Below are positions 36,762 to 48,992 of a stretch of DNA of 64,000 bases, in pieces (positions within the stretch are counted from its first letter, which is position 1; each line of letters starts with the position of its first letter). The stretch comes from Azolla caroliniana. Taxonomy: Eukaryota; Plantae; Polypodiophyta. The notes under the pieces are model-generated. The model worked only from the letters and a program-made list of their open reading frames with translations, did not search any database and was not told the origin of the DNA. The stretch is from NCBI GenBank assembly GCA_043228905.1, contig JBHGNT010000016.1:1922001-1986000 (forward strand). Direction: 5' to 3'. The position numbers were made by a program, and so were the translations under genes.

Positions 36762-38169
36762 AATGTAATATTTTTGGTCTCATAGGTCATATTTGACCTT
36801 CGAAGACGATAATATAATCTATCTATCTATCTATCTCATAAGTGCTCATACACACACACACAAACACACACACAAACAAACAAACAACCTTTCTTTACAG
36901 TTTCAATGACTCCATCAATCTCATAAGAATTTCCACAAATTCTTATAAGACTTCTTCCGAATGCATCTCATAAGGCGAAGCATTTTTCACAAAGCAAGTG
37001 TGGTATTGAGTAGCTGTTATTTTGATGCTCAAAATTTTTACGAACATCATAATTGAGAGTATGCATTGTGATTGTGAGAGGAATGTGTGAAAGCAAAACT
37101 CAAATGTGGTTGTATGCAATGCTTTACATCATCTTGTGATACTTTGACTCCCAAACTTTTTTATGGAAAAATATGCATGGTTGACAAATCCTATCACGTA
37201 TTCGCCAACACCCTATCTTAGACCAAAGAGAGTAGGAGCTAATTCACATGGAAACAATGGTGTTGATGACAAATAAATGGATGGGTTCTAGCATGTATCG
37301 ATGTCTATAGTTCCCCAATTTAGAGAAGAAGATGGTTTTGCAGTTTAGTGTAGTATAACGTGTGAAATTTGAGCCCCCACATCTTTCCCAAGCTTTGATA
37401 CATTGGAGTCATAAATAGTCCTTATTCACATACGAAACTAATGATACAATGTAAAGCAAATATGATGCACATCGCATTTTCCAAACCATTTCTTTTTACT
37501 TGCTTCCCGTTCCTAGGAAGTCAATTCAATGGTTTTTCTTTACCTCAAGCATGTACTCGACAACTTTTTGCATGATCATAAACTCAATGTGAAGTGATTT
37601 AGTCTCAAGAAGTGGGAGCATGGCTTTTGTAGCATGACTTAGATGAGATTTCAAACGGAAGCGCTTTTAAATATTTTCAAACTTATTCTAAATAAACTTA
37701 GGGATGTTATCGCCTCATACTGCAATCACATAGAGAAGCAACAATGTTACCTTGTACAAAAGAGGTATTTATCAAGAATTTAACATTTAAGTTCTCAACC
37801 ACATTGTATGTTCTCCAATACATAGTTGGCCCTCTTGCTTGCTACTAAGTGATGGGTAGTACAAACTCAAGTCCAAGAGTGAGGTTTTATTATCATCCTC
37901 AAATATCAAATATGTCCTATGGGACCAAAAGTGAAACATTTTTATGTACTATGTGTGGATGATGATGTTTTATTTATAAAAATGTTGAGAGACCAAACAT
38001 AAACACGCAATAAGGGTCAAACTTTGACATTGAAGTCATATAAAGTTATGAAAACTTATGATCATGGCATGTCATGAATATTAATTAGAATATTAGTAAT
38101 TGTTACAACTTAAATCAACCACCAAACAAGGGGGATTTTGTTATTGTACAAAATGGGACACTAACACGG

Positions 38170-38745
38170 GGAACTCGCTCCCTACAATAAATAATGTCCT
38201 TTAAATAGAGTATCCGTCTAAATGGTTGGATATTTAAAATGCGTTAGACAAAGGCCTAAGAAATCAACAAAGTAAAACTAACATATTGATGATTCTAGAG
38301 AAAATGATGTAAAGGTTTAACACAATTTAATGGGCAATGGACATTAGAGCCATTCCATGAGTCTAATTACGAGTGTTTGAGAGTTTGAATGTGGAATTTC
38401 ATGGATGGTGACTGTTTGTAACTGTAGTACAAGTTGTGAGACAAAATGTCAGACACTTAGAGGGTTAATTTTTGACATTGACCTTGCATAGTGTTAACCT
38501 GCATTATTATATCATTTGAACATGTCATCAAGATCATGTAAAAAAACCTATATTTTTGCAACCCATCTCAACCACCAAACTATATCATACAAACTGATGT
38601 AGGGATCTGAATTCCTACAATAAATGGCATCTTTTAAATAAACTACTTAATCTAAATTATTGGATGTTTAAAATGTGTTGAAGAATGTCTAAAAAGAGGG
38701 AATATAACAGGCTCAACCTATTTATGGTCCTAGAGAAAATGATTC
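38170..38745. repeat. Diverged direct repeat of about 140 bp (38170-38308 vs 38605-38743)
   Basis: Shared cctacaataaat...tctaaat..ttggat.tttaaaatg.gtt...ctagagaaaatgat. Confidence 0.6.
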
Positions 38746-38830
38746 AAAAGATTTAAGGGATACTAACCCACTCTTTTTTCATGGTCACTCGATCTTTTCA
38801 AAGTGCCTAATGATAAAAACACGTTGTTAT

Positions 38831-39200
38831 TAACAATCGACAACGGTTTGGTTCTGGTTTAGCCGCTTAACAGTAAAAACAGTTTGGTTTGGTTCAAGTT
38901 CAAGTTTTTTTGAATAGTTTGGTTTTAATGGTTTGAAACCAAGCTTTAAATGGTTTGTTTAATTAAAAAATAATAATAATAATAATAGAAATTGTATTAA
39001 TTTTTTTAACCAACCTTTTTATTTTTAAGCCTAATTCTCACATTTTAGGAAAAATGTTTAAATTTTTGAAATTTAAAATTTGAATTTTGACTTCAGTTGA
39101 AAACCAAAACCGAACCACGAAACCTCGGTTTTAGTGGTTTAATGGTTTCGTGGTTCGGTCCGGTTTGGACACTCTCGAACCGAACCATTGCCGATTATTA
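38831..39200. mobile_element. hAT-type MITE (370 bp)
   Basis: Imperfect TIRs TAACAATCGACAACGGTTTGGTTC / GAACCGAACCATTGCCGATTATTA. 8-bp TSD GTTGTTAT/ATTGTTAT. Subterminal GGTTT/AACCG motifs. Confidence 0.8.
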
Positions 39201-40145
39201 ATTGTTATTAACTAAAAGTCAATACATAAAGGTGTGTGCTCATCACAAAGTCAGGATCCATCTCTCTTTTAATTTGTTTGAATCTTGGGAAACTTTTGGT
39301 TAGCAAGCAAGTGCTTGACACACACGTTACTTTTGGAGGTGAGTGTTTCTTCAATGAACTAGAGCCCTTGGCTTTGAGAGGCAACCTTTTTAAAGTGTAG
39401 TTTCTCCTCTTCATGATTCATCCATGATCATTGAATACCCATAAGACAATCAAAGAAAATTTTCATTCAACATAACTCTTTCTATATTTCATACCTATAT
39501 ATTTTATGTTTGAAATGTAATAATAGAACCTATTGAAAATTCAAAGTGAATCTTCATAACATTAGAACTTGCGACACATCAGCCCTAAAGGTAGAGTTAA
39601 TCAATTTAATTACGATGCTAACCATAACAAATTGCAACATTGATCACATCAATACCATATATTTTCTTGTATAACATTGGCATTTTTAATAATTGCTATT
39701 AATTATGAAAGTTCTCTAATTGACATCAACATGATTAAGTACCAAAGGTATAAACAAATGTACATGGAATCAAAGGATACATATGATAATGGATATGCCA
39801 TGGATGACTCATGCCATGATTCACATGGATGGTGGATTTTTTTTTTTGTTTTTCCAAAAAGAAGCTACTTTCCGATTAGTTAGGAGAGATTATTACAGAA
39901 AGACTATACAAGGTGGCTTATACAAAAATCAGGGAATCATCCTCTGACCGAGTTCAAGAATATGAGACTAATTACATATCCTTTCAAACTGACGCATGGA
40001 TGGCAAATTTATTTTGGCATGGTTATGCAACAAATGTGTGTCATCAATGTATTATTGCAACATGGTCATGAGTGGCTCATGCAACGGAAAATAGTCCTTT
40101 TAAAATCTCATGAACTTGGTGCAATTCAACTCCCAAATTAAGAAT

Positions 40146-43100
40146 TGTAAAGAATAGGGTATGATTCTTGTGTAGTGGAAGAGATGTGTGTTATGTGTAT
40201 GTGTGAGAGGAATTAGAGGAGAGATGAGAGAACACTAGATAGATAGACAAGAGAAATAAAATACTCAAGAAGAAGGTGTATATTTCACAAGTAGAATAAG
40301 AATTACAAAATGTAGCATAATAAGGAGTCACAACCGACTTAGTATGAAGTATGAGGAGGGTGCTTTATATAGAGTCACCCTCTCTCTTCATTAACTTACA
40401 ACAACCACTCTCTCTCTTGGGGAATGTGAAGACTCATAGTCATGGGGAATATATAACTCATTAGTTATGTGTCATAGAATATGATTCTATGACACATAGT
40501 TAATGTGTAGAGAGTAGTGGTTTGACTCTTGACCTTTGAGTAATTACAGATTCTCAAAAGGTGTGTTCACATGTTGTGCTATGTTGAGCTTGATTCTCAA
40601 CACGCCCCCTCAAGCTGAACTCGGGTTGGTTCCTTTTGATTGATGTTCGCTTCGGTTGGTATCTGGTTCGAATGATCTCCGGTGTCCGCTTCGGCTCGTA
40701 CCCGGTTCGGACGGTATCCGGTTCTCGCTTGTACTCCCCCTCAAGCTTGGCAAGTCAGGGATCGTCAATCCAAGGCCTGACATGAATTGCTGAAGCTTGT
40801 CGGCTTGGTGGAGATGTCGACCGTCTGAAGATTCATGTTGATGTGTTGAAGGTCGACATCTCCGGCCTGTACGCGCTCTCGAAAGAAGTGATAGTGCACT
40901 TCGATGTGTTTTGTGCGCGCGTGGAACACCGAGTTCCGAGCCAGATATGTACTGCTCATATTGTCGTAGTAAATGGGAGTTGGATCCTTGATGGGGACGC
41001 CCAAATCCTTCAAAATCCTCTTGAGCCATATAGCTTCACATGCGGCTACTGTTGCGCCCCTGTATTCGGCCTCCGTACTCGAAAGTGCGACGATAGGCTA
41101 CTTCTTACTACTCCAAGATATTGCTCCGCTACCGAGCGAGAAGAAAAATCCGGAGGTTGATCGTCGATCAACTTTGTAGCCTACCCAGTTCGCGTCTGTG
41201 TACCCTTTGAGTCGTATTGGTGTGGCCGATGTGTAGAGAACGGCATAATCCATTGTGTCGCTCACGTATCATAATACTCGCTTAGCACAATCCAAGTGAA
41301 TGTCGTTTTTGCATGAATTGGTTGAGGAGTTCGACTGGATAGCTAAGGTCGGGTCGAGTGATCGTGAGATAGATGAGGCTCCCGATTAGTTGACGATATT
41401 GGGTCAGCTCGCACTCATCTGTGCCGGAGTCAGCATCTAGTTTGAGGTTTCGATCGAGAGGCATAGCGACCGATTTACACTCAGTCATCCGGAACTTGTA
41501 TAACAAGTTGAGAATGTAGTGCCGTTGAGAGATCATAATGTCGGCTGGAATCCGAATTACTTCGATGCCAAGGAAGTAATGGAGCTCCTTCATGTTCATC
41601 ATCTCGAATTTTCCGGAGAGGAGGGACTTGACCTTGTTGATGTTGACTAGACTTTCACCTCCAATGACTAGATCATCCACGTATAGGATGATAACAATTA
41701 AGCTTCTAGAGTCGTGTCGTATATAGAGGGAGTTGTCGGATTTCGACATTCGAAAGCCGATTTGATGAAGATATTGCGTAATCTTCGAATGCCAAGCACG
41801 CGGTGCTTGCTTGCGGCCGTAGAGAGGCTTCTTGAGTTGGCATACGGCTTTTGGATGAATGTGCGATTCGAAGTCGGGTGGTTGTACCATGTACACCTTG
41901 TCTAATTCACCTTGAAGAAAGGCGTTCTTGACGTCCATTTGGTGGAGGTGCCACCCTTTTGCCGCTGCAAGTGCGATCACGGTCTGCACAGTCGTCATCT
42001 TTGCCACCGGGGCAAATGCTTCTTCGTAGTCAACACCATGTGTTTGTGCGTATCCTTTTGCTACGAGTCGAGCTTTGTAGCGGTTGACGGAGCCATCGGC
42101 ATTATATTTCACCTTGTAGATCCATCTACATCTGATCGCCTTCCTGTGCGGTGAGTGGGGAACGAGATCCCATGTGTCATTCTTGCGTAGTGCACCCATC
42201 TCCTTGTTCATTGCTTCGATCCATCGCGGGTCTTTCGCGGCTTCGGAAAAGGTTTCTAGCTCCCATACTGTTGCCACCTTCATCATAAAAGCGTAATGGT
42301 ACGCCATATAATCGTTGTAGTCGAATCGGCTTACGAGGTTATTTTCACGGGTGGATCGGTGGAGCTTTTCGTTTGCGGATACTACAGCTTTCTCCGCTCC
42401 ATTTGTCCGGATGTCAAGGCCTTCGAACTCACTATCGAGGGAGTGAGACGATTCGTTGCCGTCAAAGTGATCGTCTTCATACTCCAGCATTTTCGCCTTC
42501 CCTTTGTCCAACTTCAGACTTGGTCGAGATGTGCTTTGATTGCTCAAAGGCTCTTGTGGTTCACTCAGTCGGGTCATGATTGGACTTTCTTTGAACATGC
42601 GCATAAAACGATCTTCATCCTCTATCTCTTGTTCAGCGGATTCCGGGTCGAGCAGAATCGGAGTCGAAGTTGTCTCTTGTGCATACCAGGATGCAGACTC
42701 GTCAAAAACGACGTCTCGACTTACTCGAGATTTTCGAGTTGAGGGGTTGTACCATTTATACCCCTTTTGCTCAAGTGAGTATCCTAGGAGGATACATTTC
42801 TCCGACTTCAGGTCAAGCTTTTGACGCTTCTTGTCAGGGATGTGCACGTACGCAATGGAGCCGAATATCTGAACATGCGATATGTCCGACTTCTTTCCGA
42901 AGAACTTCTCGTGCAGAGTAAGTTCGTGCACACCCGATGTCGTACACCGATTCATGAGATAGACGGTCGTGTTAGCTGCTTCGCCCAATACGATTTAGGC
43001 ATGTGCTTTTCGTTAAGCATAGCTCGTGCCACTTCGAGGATGTGCCGATTCTTGCGTTCGGCCACTCCATTTTGTTGTGGCGTATGTTGACACGAAAACT

Positions 43101-43640
43101 CTCGCCGTATTCCTTCTTTTCGTAGAAACGCCGAAAATTCGTCGAAGAAGTTCTCCTTGCCTCCATCCGACCGAAGACATCGTACATGTCGGCCCGTGGC
43201 TTTCTCGACCTCATTCTTAAATTTTTGGAAGTGTCCGAACACTTCGCTCTTTTGTCGATGAAGGTCACGTAGTATCGGCATCCGCCGAATGTCGTCGTTT
43301 GAGTCGGACCCCATACATCGGAATGAATTATGTCGAGTACGCCTTTGCTCACGTTCCGCTCCTTCGGAAACGGGTGCCGATGTTGCTTGCCGAATTGGCA
43401 AGCGGCACACACGCCTTCAGTCTCTTTCTCCGTCAATGTCGAGAGCCTGATGATGACTCCTTTTGATTGCATTGCCTTGAGCTTTTGGAGGTTGATATGG
43501 CCAATCCACTTGTGCCATATGTTGAAATCGGCTTTCACGCCCTTTGGCCGATTTCATCTCGTGTGAGTCAAGAATGAACATTCGGCCCTCTCTTCGTCCA
43601 TGTGCGATGAGTCGGCCCTCTTTTTCGATGAAGCAATTTT
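40146..43640 (-). mobile_element. Ty1/Copia element 2, 5'-truncated (integrase-RT-RNase H plus 3' LTR)
   Basis: LTR 40602-40146 (TGTTGAGAATC...TTCTTTACA). PPT TGAGGGGGCG at 40612-40603. ORFs 43538-42972, 43410-42952, 42988-41282 and 41013-40765 carry QQNGVAERKNR, YKARLVAKG, QMDVKNAFLQG, YVDDL and HARTKHIEVHYHF. No gag or 5' LTR. Confidence 0.92.
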
Positions 43641-43789
43641 TCTAGTTGTGAGATCCACCCGGTGAGACCCTTGGGACTCCACAATCAATCGATAGAGTGC
43701 TCCTACATTCATTGTACAATACTGAACAATACCCAATTGGTTTACTTCACAAATCAGAAATGATGAAAACGGGATTTGAACAGTTGATC

Positions 43790-43900
43790 GAGCAAGAAAG
43801 TGGATGCTCCTACAAATGTAAATGAGTTCCATCACTGCCTTCTAGCGAGGAAATTCATCTTCAATATAGCTCATTCAGTACTCCTATACATATACTTGGT
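43790..43900 (+). mobile_element. Short decayed Gypsy RNase H fragment
   Basis: VNEFHHCLLARKFIFNIAHSVLLY aligns with VTKFRHYLLGRKFSFHVDHSALLY of the Gypsy element in this window. Confidence 0.55.
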
Positions 43901-44293
43901 TGTTGGTTATTCCTTCAAGAGTTTTTGTACCATGTCTTCCATTGTCCTCACCAACAACCGAAAGGTGCAACTAGAATGCCGCGAAGCCACCACAAATGTC
44001 GTCAATGACTTTCTTTCTTTTTTTTGCAAAAAGATACACCTTGGTATTATAAAATCATAAAAAATACAGAAGTTGTGTTGGATAAACGAATGTACCAACT
44101 AATTCCCTTGTGCTCACATTATGGCCGCTTTGATGTGTATATACAATAACCACACATATTTGTATACCATATCTCCAAGATTAATGCGGTCTACTCCTCC
44201 CAAACTGCAAATGAACATGCAATATAGAATCCATAAACAAAGTTATTAGACATTGTTTCCCAAAATGACGGGACCAATACACATCCATATGAT

Positions 44294-45057
44294 CATAGTT
44301 GTTAAAAAGCGTGTATTATACGTTTAGAGTATGTTTTAGAATACTATGAAGTATTCTGCACGTATTCTATGTTTTAGAACTGCCGTTTTTTAAAATTTGA
44401 CGTATTCTACGTATTTAACAAGTATTTATCATTTCAAAAAAAAATTAATTTTTTTTGAAAAAAAAACTTTGAATTTTAAGAAAGATTCAACGTTTTTTTT
44501 TCTTGAAAAAATATCCTCCATTGGTATTAAAATGGAAGTGGCCAGAGGCTATGTACAAAATAGTCTAATATTACTACGAATATTGTACAGTCGTGCCGAA
44601 TGACCCTAGCTAATCTTTCTAGGTAAAGATAAGTAAGAAAAAAACCCCTCGCCAATCTTTATAGGCAAAGAAAGTACAATGAAGCCATACCATTCTCCAA
44701 ACCAACAAGATGAATAGTCTAACCTCCAGAAAAAAGCCAGCAAAGGAGTCCCTATCTACGTGAAGCATTGAACCAGATCAAGGTCATTGGTTTTTTCTTA
44801 TTTTTTCCTTCTTCAACAACATATATGTTAGAAAACAACACATACGAACACCTACACAGTTATATATTTTCTAGGTAAAGATAAGTATTTAACGTATTTT
44901 ACAAGCATTCTACACGTATTCTAAGTATTTAATATATTTAACGTATTTTATCTATTAAATACGTAACCTAAGTATTTAAAAATAAAGTTAGAATACCTGT
45001 AAAATACTTAGAATACGTATTCTACATGTATTGTATTCTAAGTATTTTACAACAATG
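44294..45057. mobile_element. hAT-type MITE (764 bp) with an internal insertion
   Basis: TIRs CATAGTTGTTAAAA / TTTTACAACAATG. 8-bp TSD CATATGAT/CATATTAT. Many subterminal (C/A)GTATT/AATAC motifs. Confidence 0.75.
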
Positions 45058-45807
45058 CATATTATGTGAACTCCATCTTCCCTAAAAAGGAGCATTGATT
45101 CCCATAACATTTTTAAATGCATTTGCTTCCTGAGAATATCATCATCATTGCCTATAAAACTTTTAATATTGACCACATAATGTATGAGTAAGCAACAACT
45201 AGAATTCCGCAATTATAACAGAAGCATTGTGAGTGACATTGTCAAAAACTGATGTGCATTGCGCCTTCTAAATCACACACATCAGAATAGATGAAATTGT
45301 TTTCCAAGTAATATTATCCCTAATATTCAACCAAGTCAAACAGAAAAGGCTAAACCATTTGTACATGAGGAGGAACTATGTGAAAGGCTTCCACTATATC
45401 CTCCTTTTCATACAAGAACAGTTGTCCCTCTAGAATGGCCCACCTAACAAAACACCAAAGTGATCACACAATTAGCATGTATCAATACTATGAGCCTTAA
45501 AACTCTCTTCCATACTTGCATAATTTTAGGACAAGTCACAAGACCACAATATATGCTTAATTGATTTTGTCAACAACTTTCTTGACACAATAATCTTGCA
45601 AAAACAAATTGAACTAACGAAACCTCATGAGGAGTTTGGGACCTTAATTGTTCATCAAAAGTGTTTTTAGGTCCTTCTCTCCTCATGAATGGATGGATGG
45701 ATTTATGGTTGGCATTACCTTTGTTTTGTTGTTGTTGTTGTTCTGACTGAATCAACCATCATGTTTGAAGCCATGGATTTGAGTTTGTACAGAAGGGTTC
45801 CTTTTCG

Positions 45808-45940
45808 TTAATTTTAGGTTATGCACAAGAAGGCCGAGTTTATGAAGCTTTAAAATGCTTCGAAACAAGGTATACTCAGCAAGGGCATGACCATGGAGCA
45901 TTAAATTATTTCAAACAAATAGAAAATGAGGGTCTTTCAA
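45808..45940 (+). pseudogene. Small PPR motif fragment
   Basis: LILGYAQEGRVYEALKCFE...YTQQGHDHGALNYFKQIENEGLS resembles the P-motifs of the PPR gene at 62067-63998. Confidence 0.6.
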
Positions 45941-47206
45941 ACAAAAACAAAAAAAACTAACGAAACCTCATTGCCAAATTTAGGATTTGGCAATGGCTCA
46001 ACTCAAGCTTGAACCGAACTGTTAAACCATTTTTAAATGGTTTGGCAATTCGGTTCAATTCGGTTTAGGCTTGGGCTTGAACCCAATGGACAAGGGGGGT
46101 GGAGAAAAGGGGGGAAGAGAACAATGATAAGTAGAGAAAGAAAAGGAGCATTCTCGCCCCTCGAATCAACAAGAGGGAGAGAGGTTAGTGTGAGAGAGTT
46201 TAGAGCAAGTGCACATTTTAATCTCACTCAAAATTATACCTCCTCACCATGGTCATGAATCATGATGTGGGACTATGACCATGTTCATTGTACTCTTACA
46301 TAATTGAGGAGCTCAAAGTTCATGCAACTGATCAATACAAAGTTGTGTAAATCACTTTGTACTAATCCACAATCAACATTTATATGTTCAAAGAAATAAA
46401 CAATGATTCTAGTGAAACAAGTTGACTTGTCGCACGTTTGTTGTAGGAATTAAAGCATAACCTTTACCAAATTATTAGCCTTTAGATAAGGACAAAACAC
46501 TAGAAAAATTGCTTAGGTTACCAAAACATAGGACATGATCAACAACATTAGAGTAAAAATATATGTATATAAGAGTAATGTAGTATAAGGATAAATAACC
46601 TTACTGTGTGTACATAATTTTGACAAGGTATAGCTTTATTTAAGTGATTCCTATCACAAACATTGTTGACCCAATGTATAGGTTTCGTAATATGATATGA
46701 TATGTTTATTGCTAGTTTTTCTACAATTTTGTTTCCTTCTAATAATTTATGAGATCACATGGGTTGGCGTCCTGTTTTAGCTTATATGTTTCATGATAGG
46801 ACACAATGAAGACAAAAGATGAGATGGCATCATGGCAAGTAAACAATGTTACTTGTATCTTTTATTAAAGACGAAACAAACAATCGATAAATAATAGGGA
46901 TCATGTTATGAGTACCAATAATTTCAAGGATAATAGGTCAACAATATGCATTGAGGCTTGAAGAGTTGGTCAATGCCACATGGCATTATTATGCATTATT
47001 AAAGTCATTACAAGCAATATGGAAAAATGGAGTCATGTGAGTATGGATAATTTAATATTATTCATAGAAACTATAATTTTGTGAGCTTGGGAAGTGGCCA
47101 ATGACCAAGTGTAAGGTAGCCTTGTAAACATGTCGATATAGCATGTACGGTCAAAGATGGGAACCTCCAAACCCATACTTTTGAAATGTGAATTCACATA
47201 TTGAAT

Positions 47207-47306
47207 NNNNNNNNNNNNNNNNNNNNNNNNNNNNNNNNNNNNNNNNNNNNNNNNNNNNNNNNNNNNNNNNNNNNNNNNNNNNNNNNNNNNNNNNNNNNNN
47301 NNNNNN
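47207..47306. other. Assembly gap (100 N)
   Basis: Run of N; the true size is unknown. Confidence 0.99.
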
Positions 47307-48486
47307 AAGCCGTCCTTATAGATGGAAAAGGGGAAGAATGTATATATATATATACTTCGTCTAAATTGGTGGAAGATATGAGTGAAAGGGAGATTGTTTA
47401 TGTGTTTATTAATTTTCAGATTTGGAGAGTGTTTTCCTCTTTTCTTTGTTGTAGATGATGGGGAAGAAAACTGTGAAAATCTATATCACTTTGGTTCCAG
47501 GCTCTACATGTTGCTAGCAGCAGCATACATTTTTTGACAACAAACATTGGAACTCATCGGCAAAGTTGTATTCAAATTGCAGGGAGAGGCATTATGTGAC
47601 ATATGATGCTATCAATTTGCATCAAAATAGAAGAGATGTTGAGCAATATAGGTGGCATGGACTACTTTGATAAAGCCCAAAAATCCATATTCAGCTTGTA
47701 AAAAGATGGGGTTTTTTTGAACCCGGTGTTGTTGAGATTGTTGAAGCTACACGAGTGTTCAATACTTTTCTAGTTAATTATGTTGCAATTTCCTTTGTAA
47801 TAGTGGACTATTTTGTATATTGCCTTGGGCCATTTTATGTTAATACCAATGGAGGATATTTTTATGGGTAAAAAATATTAAAGTTGCCCATACACTCGAT
47901 TTGTGAAGTCAAAAGAGCTTGCCACAACCAAACATTGGGAAACCATACAGTAACAAGATTGAAAATATCTTGCAAAGCACGATGCATTATATCAGTTGCA
48001 AATGTCGTGGCGAAAGGATTACATTACCCCTACAACAAAGACAATAAATATATTCTAGTGTTAGGACTAAAATATGTCATATATGAGACTCTTCTCAACT
48101 ACAAATTCATGCATACATTGAATATAATTAAATGTATTATTCTTTCAGTGTAGGTTATCATCTCGATGAGATGTTTGGGTGTCATATTGGATGGAATTGA
48201 TAATTGTTTTCCATGAGCATGAGGAAAGGGCTAGATGTTTGGTTGTCACGTTGGATGAATTTTATTTCCGTTCCTTGTTTATCCCAAAGAATGTATATTA
48301 CTAGGGATCACATTACTTACACATTTGACAAACTAATATAAATAAATTATATTCCATTTCCCCCTTCCATGTATGAAGGAAAAACGTTTAAAATGTGGTT
48401 AGTGTTGAATAACTTGTTTGTAGCTGAAAATTCACATTAAGTTTTCGAGTATTCGATCATTTTAATGCAACTGAATAATACAAGAA

Positions 48487-48992
48487 CCTTGTGGTACATA
48501 TGGAAAGCGCGTTGCCTCAAGGTTTTCCAAGGTACGGTACGGCCCCCGGAGAAAGTGATCATGGACATATGGTTCGCGATTATCAGCTGCCTACGAGGGC
48601 AACTGGAAGAGATTTGCAACCACTCCAACGACGTGATCTCTGCCCCGTTGCGCTTTTGGCAGAAATGGAGGAACACACCTATGGTGATGCAAGGTGGGAG
48701 TGGCCCGAGGTGGAATTACCAGCCCCCACGCTGGTTGTTTCCTACTCACCTGCCACCCTCTCTTCGTTGTAGGCCCCAAGAGCCGACTCGTACTAGGCAA
48801 CATTGAAGGGCATCGCCTTAGATATAGGTAGCTTCTTACATTAAGTTAGGCCGCAAGGCATTGTAAGTAGGCTCATCTTCTTTTACTTGATCGGAGGAAG
48901 ACTCCCCGATGTGTGTATACGTCTCCTTGTAGACTCTCTATGTAATAATCCTTCCTAACTAATGGGAAAGTAGCTTCATTTTGGAAAAAAAA
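48487..48992 (+). mobile_element. 5'-truncated L1-like LINE 3' end with poly(A) and TSD
   Basis: LWYIWKARCLKVF...RWNYQPPRWLFP. A-tail about 48985-48992. 10-bp TSD AATACAAGAA at 48477-48486 and 48993-49002. Confidence 0.85.

Larger units (their letters stand above)
33099..36836 (+). mobile_element. 5'-truncated non-LTR retrotransposon (RTE-X/RTE-like LINE) with intact ORF2, nested in the Copia 3' LTR
   Basis: Partial ORF1, an open 1124-codon ORF2, a 3' stem-loop and an (ATCT)5 tail at 36817-36836. Copia LTR sequence flanks both sides. Confidence 0.92.
28391..36899 (+). mobile_element. Ty1/Copia LTR retrotransposon (degenerate); 3' LTR interrupted by a LINE
   Basis: 5' LTR 28391-28641 (TGTTGAGAAT...TTTACA). 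PBS TGGTATCAGAG (iMet) at 28642-28652. Gag KLDRTNFTSW with knuckle CGYCGKLGHYEEEC, protease WFVDSG, integrase LWHKRIGH...FIDDFSR, RT HQMDVKNAFLQG and YVDDL, RNase H YCDN...TKHFEVHYHF. PPT about 32940-32948. 3' LTR 32949-~33098 plus ~36837-36899. Degenerate TSD ATTTT/GTTTC. Confidence 0.92.

Noticed and set aside
37000-37900. Possible DNA-transposase relic
   Set aside because: No alignable catalytic motif or TIR could be identified.
45969-45995. Perfect 11-bp inverted repeat CATTGCCAAAT/ATTTGGCAATG
   Set aside because: Too short for a miRNA precursor. Probably the end of a MITE-like fragment, since AACCG motifs follow.
47201-47458. ORF spanning the N run
   Set aside because: Artefact of the assembly gap.
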